64,000 nt of DNA from Acidobacteriota bacterium (lineage in GTDB: Bacteria > Acidobacteriota > Aminicenantia > Aminicenantales > Saccharicenantaceae): positions 11,160-75,159 of the forward strand of contig JAKQUO010000032.1 of NCBI GenBank assembly GCA_029569255.1. Reading direction: 5' to 3'. The notes under the pieces are model-generated. The model was not told the origin of the DNA and made no database searches. It saw only the letters and a program-made list of their open reading frames with translations. Below are positions 61,783-64,000 of this stretch, in pieces (position 1 is the stretch's first letter; every line of letters starts with the position of its first letter). The position numbers and the translations under genes were made by a program.

Positions 61783-63372
61783 ATGTCACGTCAGATCCTT
61801 CTCGGCGACGAGGCCGTCGCCCTGGGGGCCGTCCACGCCGGCCTCTCGGCGGCCTATTCCTACCCCGGCACGCCTGCCTCGGAGATCCTCGAGCACCTCG
61901 TCCGCAGGTCGGCCGAGACCAAGGACTTCACGGCCGTGTGGTCGGTCAACGAGAAGACGGCCTACGAGGAGGCCCTCGGCGCCTCTTTCGCCGGGAAAAG
62001 GGCCCTCGTCTCCTTCAAGCACGTCGGCCTCAACGTCGCCGCCGACCCGTTCATGAATTCGGCCATCACGGGCGCCAACGGCGGCCTGGTCGTCGTCAGC
62101 GCCGACGACCCCGGCATGCACAGCTCGCAGAACGAGCAGGACAGCCGATTCTACGCCCAGTTCGCCCACATCTTCGCCTACGAGCCCTCCGACCACCAGG
62201 AGGCCTACGACATGACCCGGGAGGCCTACGACCTGTCCGAGCGCCTCGAGGTCCCCGTTCTCCTCCGCATGGTCACCCGGCTTTCCCACAGCCGCTCGGC
62301 CGTCGCGGTCGGCCCGCCCCGGCCCCAGAACCCGCTCCGGAAGGGCGACCCCCGGGACTGGATCCTGCTTCCGGTCAACGCCCGGCGGCGCTTCACCCGT
62401 CTCCTCGGCCTGCAGGCGGAGATGGTCCGGCTCTCGGACGGCTCCCGCTTCAACGTCCTGGAGCTCGGCGGCGACCGCTCGCTCGGCGTCATCGCCTCGG
62501 GCGTCGCCTACAACTACTTCCGCGAGGCCGTGGCCGCCGAGGCCGCCCCGCCGTCCTTCCTCAAGGTCTCGACCTACCCGGTCCCCGAGGGGCTCATCAG
62601 GAAGCTCGTCGCGGCGGTCGACTCCGTCCTCGTCCTGGAGGACGGCTACCCCTTCATCGAGCGTCAGATCAAGGGCCTCTTCGGCGTCGCCGGCAAGACC
62701 GTCCGGGGCAAGACCGACGGCGCCCTGCCGGCCTCCGGCGAGCTGACGCCCGACATCGTCCGGGCGGCCCTCGGCCGGACGCCCCTGCCGGCCCTCGCGG
62801 CGAGCGGGCTGCCGCTCGCCGGGCGCCCGCCCCAGCTCTGCGCCGGCTGCCCTCACGCCGACACTCTGAAGGCCCTCAACAAGGCCCTCGAGGACGCCGC
62901 CGGGGCCAACGTCTTCAGCGACATCGGCTGCTACACCCTCGGCGCCCTGCCGCCCTACAGCGCCGTCCACACCTGCGTCTGCATGGGCGCCAGCATCGGC
63001 ATGGCCCGGGGCGCGGCCGACGTCGGCCTCCACCCGGCCGTGGCGGTCATCGGCGACTCGACCTTCGCCCACTCCGGCATCACCCCGCTCCTCGGGGCGG
63101 CCGTCGCCGACACGGACATGACCGTCGTCATCCTCGACAACGCGACGACGGCCATGACCGGCGGCCAGCCGACCTACGGCTCGGGCGAGCGCCTGCTCCG
63201 GCTGATCGAGGGCCTGGGGGTCCCCAAGGAGCGCATCCGGACGATCGTGCCCCTCCCGAAGCACCACGACCTGAACGTCCGGATCCTGCGGGAGGAGATC
63301 GCCCACCGCGGCCTGTCCGTCGTCGTCGCCGTCCGGGAGTGCGTCCAGGAACAGCGGAAGAAAAGGAGCTAG
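61783..63372 (+). CDS. iorA: indolepyruvate:ferredoxin oxidoreductase alpha subunit
   Basis: ATG at 61783; LLGDEAVALGAVHAGLSAAYSYPGTPASEI, SSQNEQDSR, LCAGCPH, GDSTFAHSG TPP motifs. Confidence 0.85.
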   Translation: MSRQILLGDEAVALGAVHAGLSAAYSYPGTPASEILEHLVRRSAETKDFTAVWSVNEKTAYEEALGASFAGKRALVSFKHVGLNVAADPFMNSAITGANGGLVVVSADDPGMHSSQNEQDSRFYAQFAHIFAYEPSDHQEAYDMTREAYDLSERLEVPVLLRMVTRLSHSRSAVAVGPPRPQNPLRKGDPRDWILLPVNARRRFTRLLGLQAEMVRLSDGSRFNVLELGGDRSLGVIASGVAYNYFREAVAAEAAPPSFLKVSTYPVPEGLIRKLVAAVDSVLVLEDGYPFIERQIKGLFGVAGKTVRGKTDGALPASGELTPDIVRAALGRTPLPALAASGLPLAGRPPQLCAGCPHADTLKALNKALEDAAGANVFSDIGCYTLGALPPYSAVHTCVCMGASIGMARGAADVGLHPAVAVIGDSTFAHSGITPLLGAAVADTDMTVVILDNATTAMTGGQPTYGSGERLLRLIEGLGVPKERIRTIVPLPKHHDLNVRILREEIAHRGLSVVVAVRECVQEQRKKRS

Positions 63373-63375
63373 GCC

Positions 63376-63954
63376 ATGAAGCAGGACATCATCCTCGCGG
63401 GCGTCGGGGGGCAGGGCATCCTGTCGATCGCCTACGTCATCGACAACGCCGCGCTCGCCGACGGCCTGGTCTTCAAGCAGGCCGAGGTCCACGGCATGGC
63501 CCAGCGCGGCGGGGCCGTCCAGTCCCACATGCGGCTCTCGGACGGCTCCATCTGGAGCGACCTCATCCCCAAGGGCGAGGCCGACATGGTCCTCAGCGTC
63601 GAGCCGCTCGAGGCCCTGCGCTACCTGGACTACCTCCGGCCCGACGGCGTCGTCGTCACCGGCCTGACGCCCTACCGCAACATCCCCGACTATCCGGAGA
63701 TCGACCGGGTCCTCGAGGCCGTGCGCCGGGCGCCGCGGGCGGTCGTCATCGACTCGGAGCGCCTGGCCAAGGAGGCCGGCACGGTCAAGGCCCAGAACGT
63801 CGTCCTCCTCGGCGCCGCCTCGCCGTTCCTCATCCTCAAGGAGGACAGCCTGCTCGCGACGGTCGGCGCCCTGTTCCGGCCCCGCGGCCCGGCCGTCCTG
63901 GAGGCCAACCTCAAGGCCTTCGCGCTGGGCCGGAGCGCTGCCCTGGGCTTATGA
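63376..63954 (+). CDS. iorB: indolepyruvate oxidoreductase beta subunit
   Basis: ILAGVGGQGILS...AEVHGMAQRGGAV motif; 3 nt after iorA. Confidence 0.85.
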   Translation: MKQDIILAGVGGQGILSIAYVIDNAALADGLVFKQAEVHGMAQRGGAVQSHMRLSDGSIWSDLIPKGEADMVLSVEPLEALRYLDYLRPDGVVVTGLTPYRNIPDYPEIDRVLEAVRRAPRAVVIDSERLAKEAGTVKAQNVVLLGAASPFLILKEDSLLATVGALFRPRGPAVLEANLKAFALGRSAALGL

Positions 63955-64000
63955 GCGCGCCCTGGCGCCGGACGGTCCGCGTCCTCGAGCGGGCCGAGAG
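63951..64000 (+). CDS. 5' end of an unidentified CDS (truncated by the window)
   Basis: ATG overlapping the iorB stop (ATGA); only 16 codons visible. Confidence 0.3.
   Translation, partial: MSAPWRRTVRVLERAE

Noticed and set aside
61783-63372. IorA appears shorter (529 aa) than archaeal IorA and lacks an obvious C-terminal 2x[4Fe-4S] ferredoxin domain
   Set aside because: I cannot verify domain boundaries without an alignment. Shorter bacterial IorA forms exist to my knowledge, and the CAGCPH and TPP motifs are intact.

Overview
High-GC bacterial chromosomal window (about two-thirds G+C by eye), very densely coding. I can support about 58 protein genes, one tRNA-Ala(CGC), one complete IS element and several palindromic intergenic repeat families. 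I found no rRNA and no CRISPR array. Most long ORFs in the six-frame track that lie opposite to, or out of frame with, these genes are Arg/Gly/Pro/Asp-rich GC artefacts.

Main blocks:
(i) 1.2-14.5 kb: one tightly packed minus-strand operon. It encodes a formate-hydrogenlyase-like group 4 membrane [NiFe]-hydrogenase (HycC/D/E/F/G-like subunits plus a HycI-like protease). Upstream sit an FdhH-like molybdopterin subunit and an AsrA/AsrB (HydB/HydG)-like FeS/flavin pair. Downstream, joined by ATGA overlaps, are a response regulator and a Cache-HAMP histidine kinase, then (23-nt gap) a hybrid REC-kinase.
(ii) 15.3-19.3 kb: a glycyl-radical enzyme, its activase and an orphan response regulator.
(iii) SpoIIM-like protein, glyoxalase, mutarotase, Ser/Thr kinase, GWxTD/TPR protein.
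(iv) Gfo/Idh/MocA oxidoreductase, exported C69 dipeptidase, dipeptide epimerase with a Tat-like signal, MFS transporter, MurJ.
(v) arsR-acr3-arsM.
(vi) YgiQ, an MFS transporter, and two paralogous ECF sigma / anti-sigma / DUF4097 modules.
(vii) A glycosyl-glycerate-type compatible-solute locus with a channel-like membrane protein.
(viii) Lipoprotein cyanophycinase coupled to a YfcC transporter, GH116 glycosidase, Mut7-C RNase, tRNA-Ala.
(ix) APC permease, amidohydrolase, outer-membrane barrel, beta-lactamase-family hydrolase, a low-GC IS (rve transposase) and iorAB.

The most unusual signals:
- The hydrogenase operon has a non-canonical electron-input module.
- By gapless manual alignment, its FdhH-like subunit lacks the Sec/Cys Mo ligand and the catalytic Arg.
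- Signalling genes are translationally coupled to the hydrogenase genes.
- The glycyl-radical enzyme has no assignable substrate.
- A family of GGGGACA...TGTCCCC palindromes includes one in-frame copy inside a CDS and tandem pairs bracketing the tRNA.
- There is an AT-rich 152-bp MITE-like element.

All functional calls come from motif recognition by eye. No database search was run.
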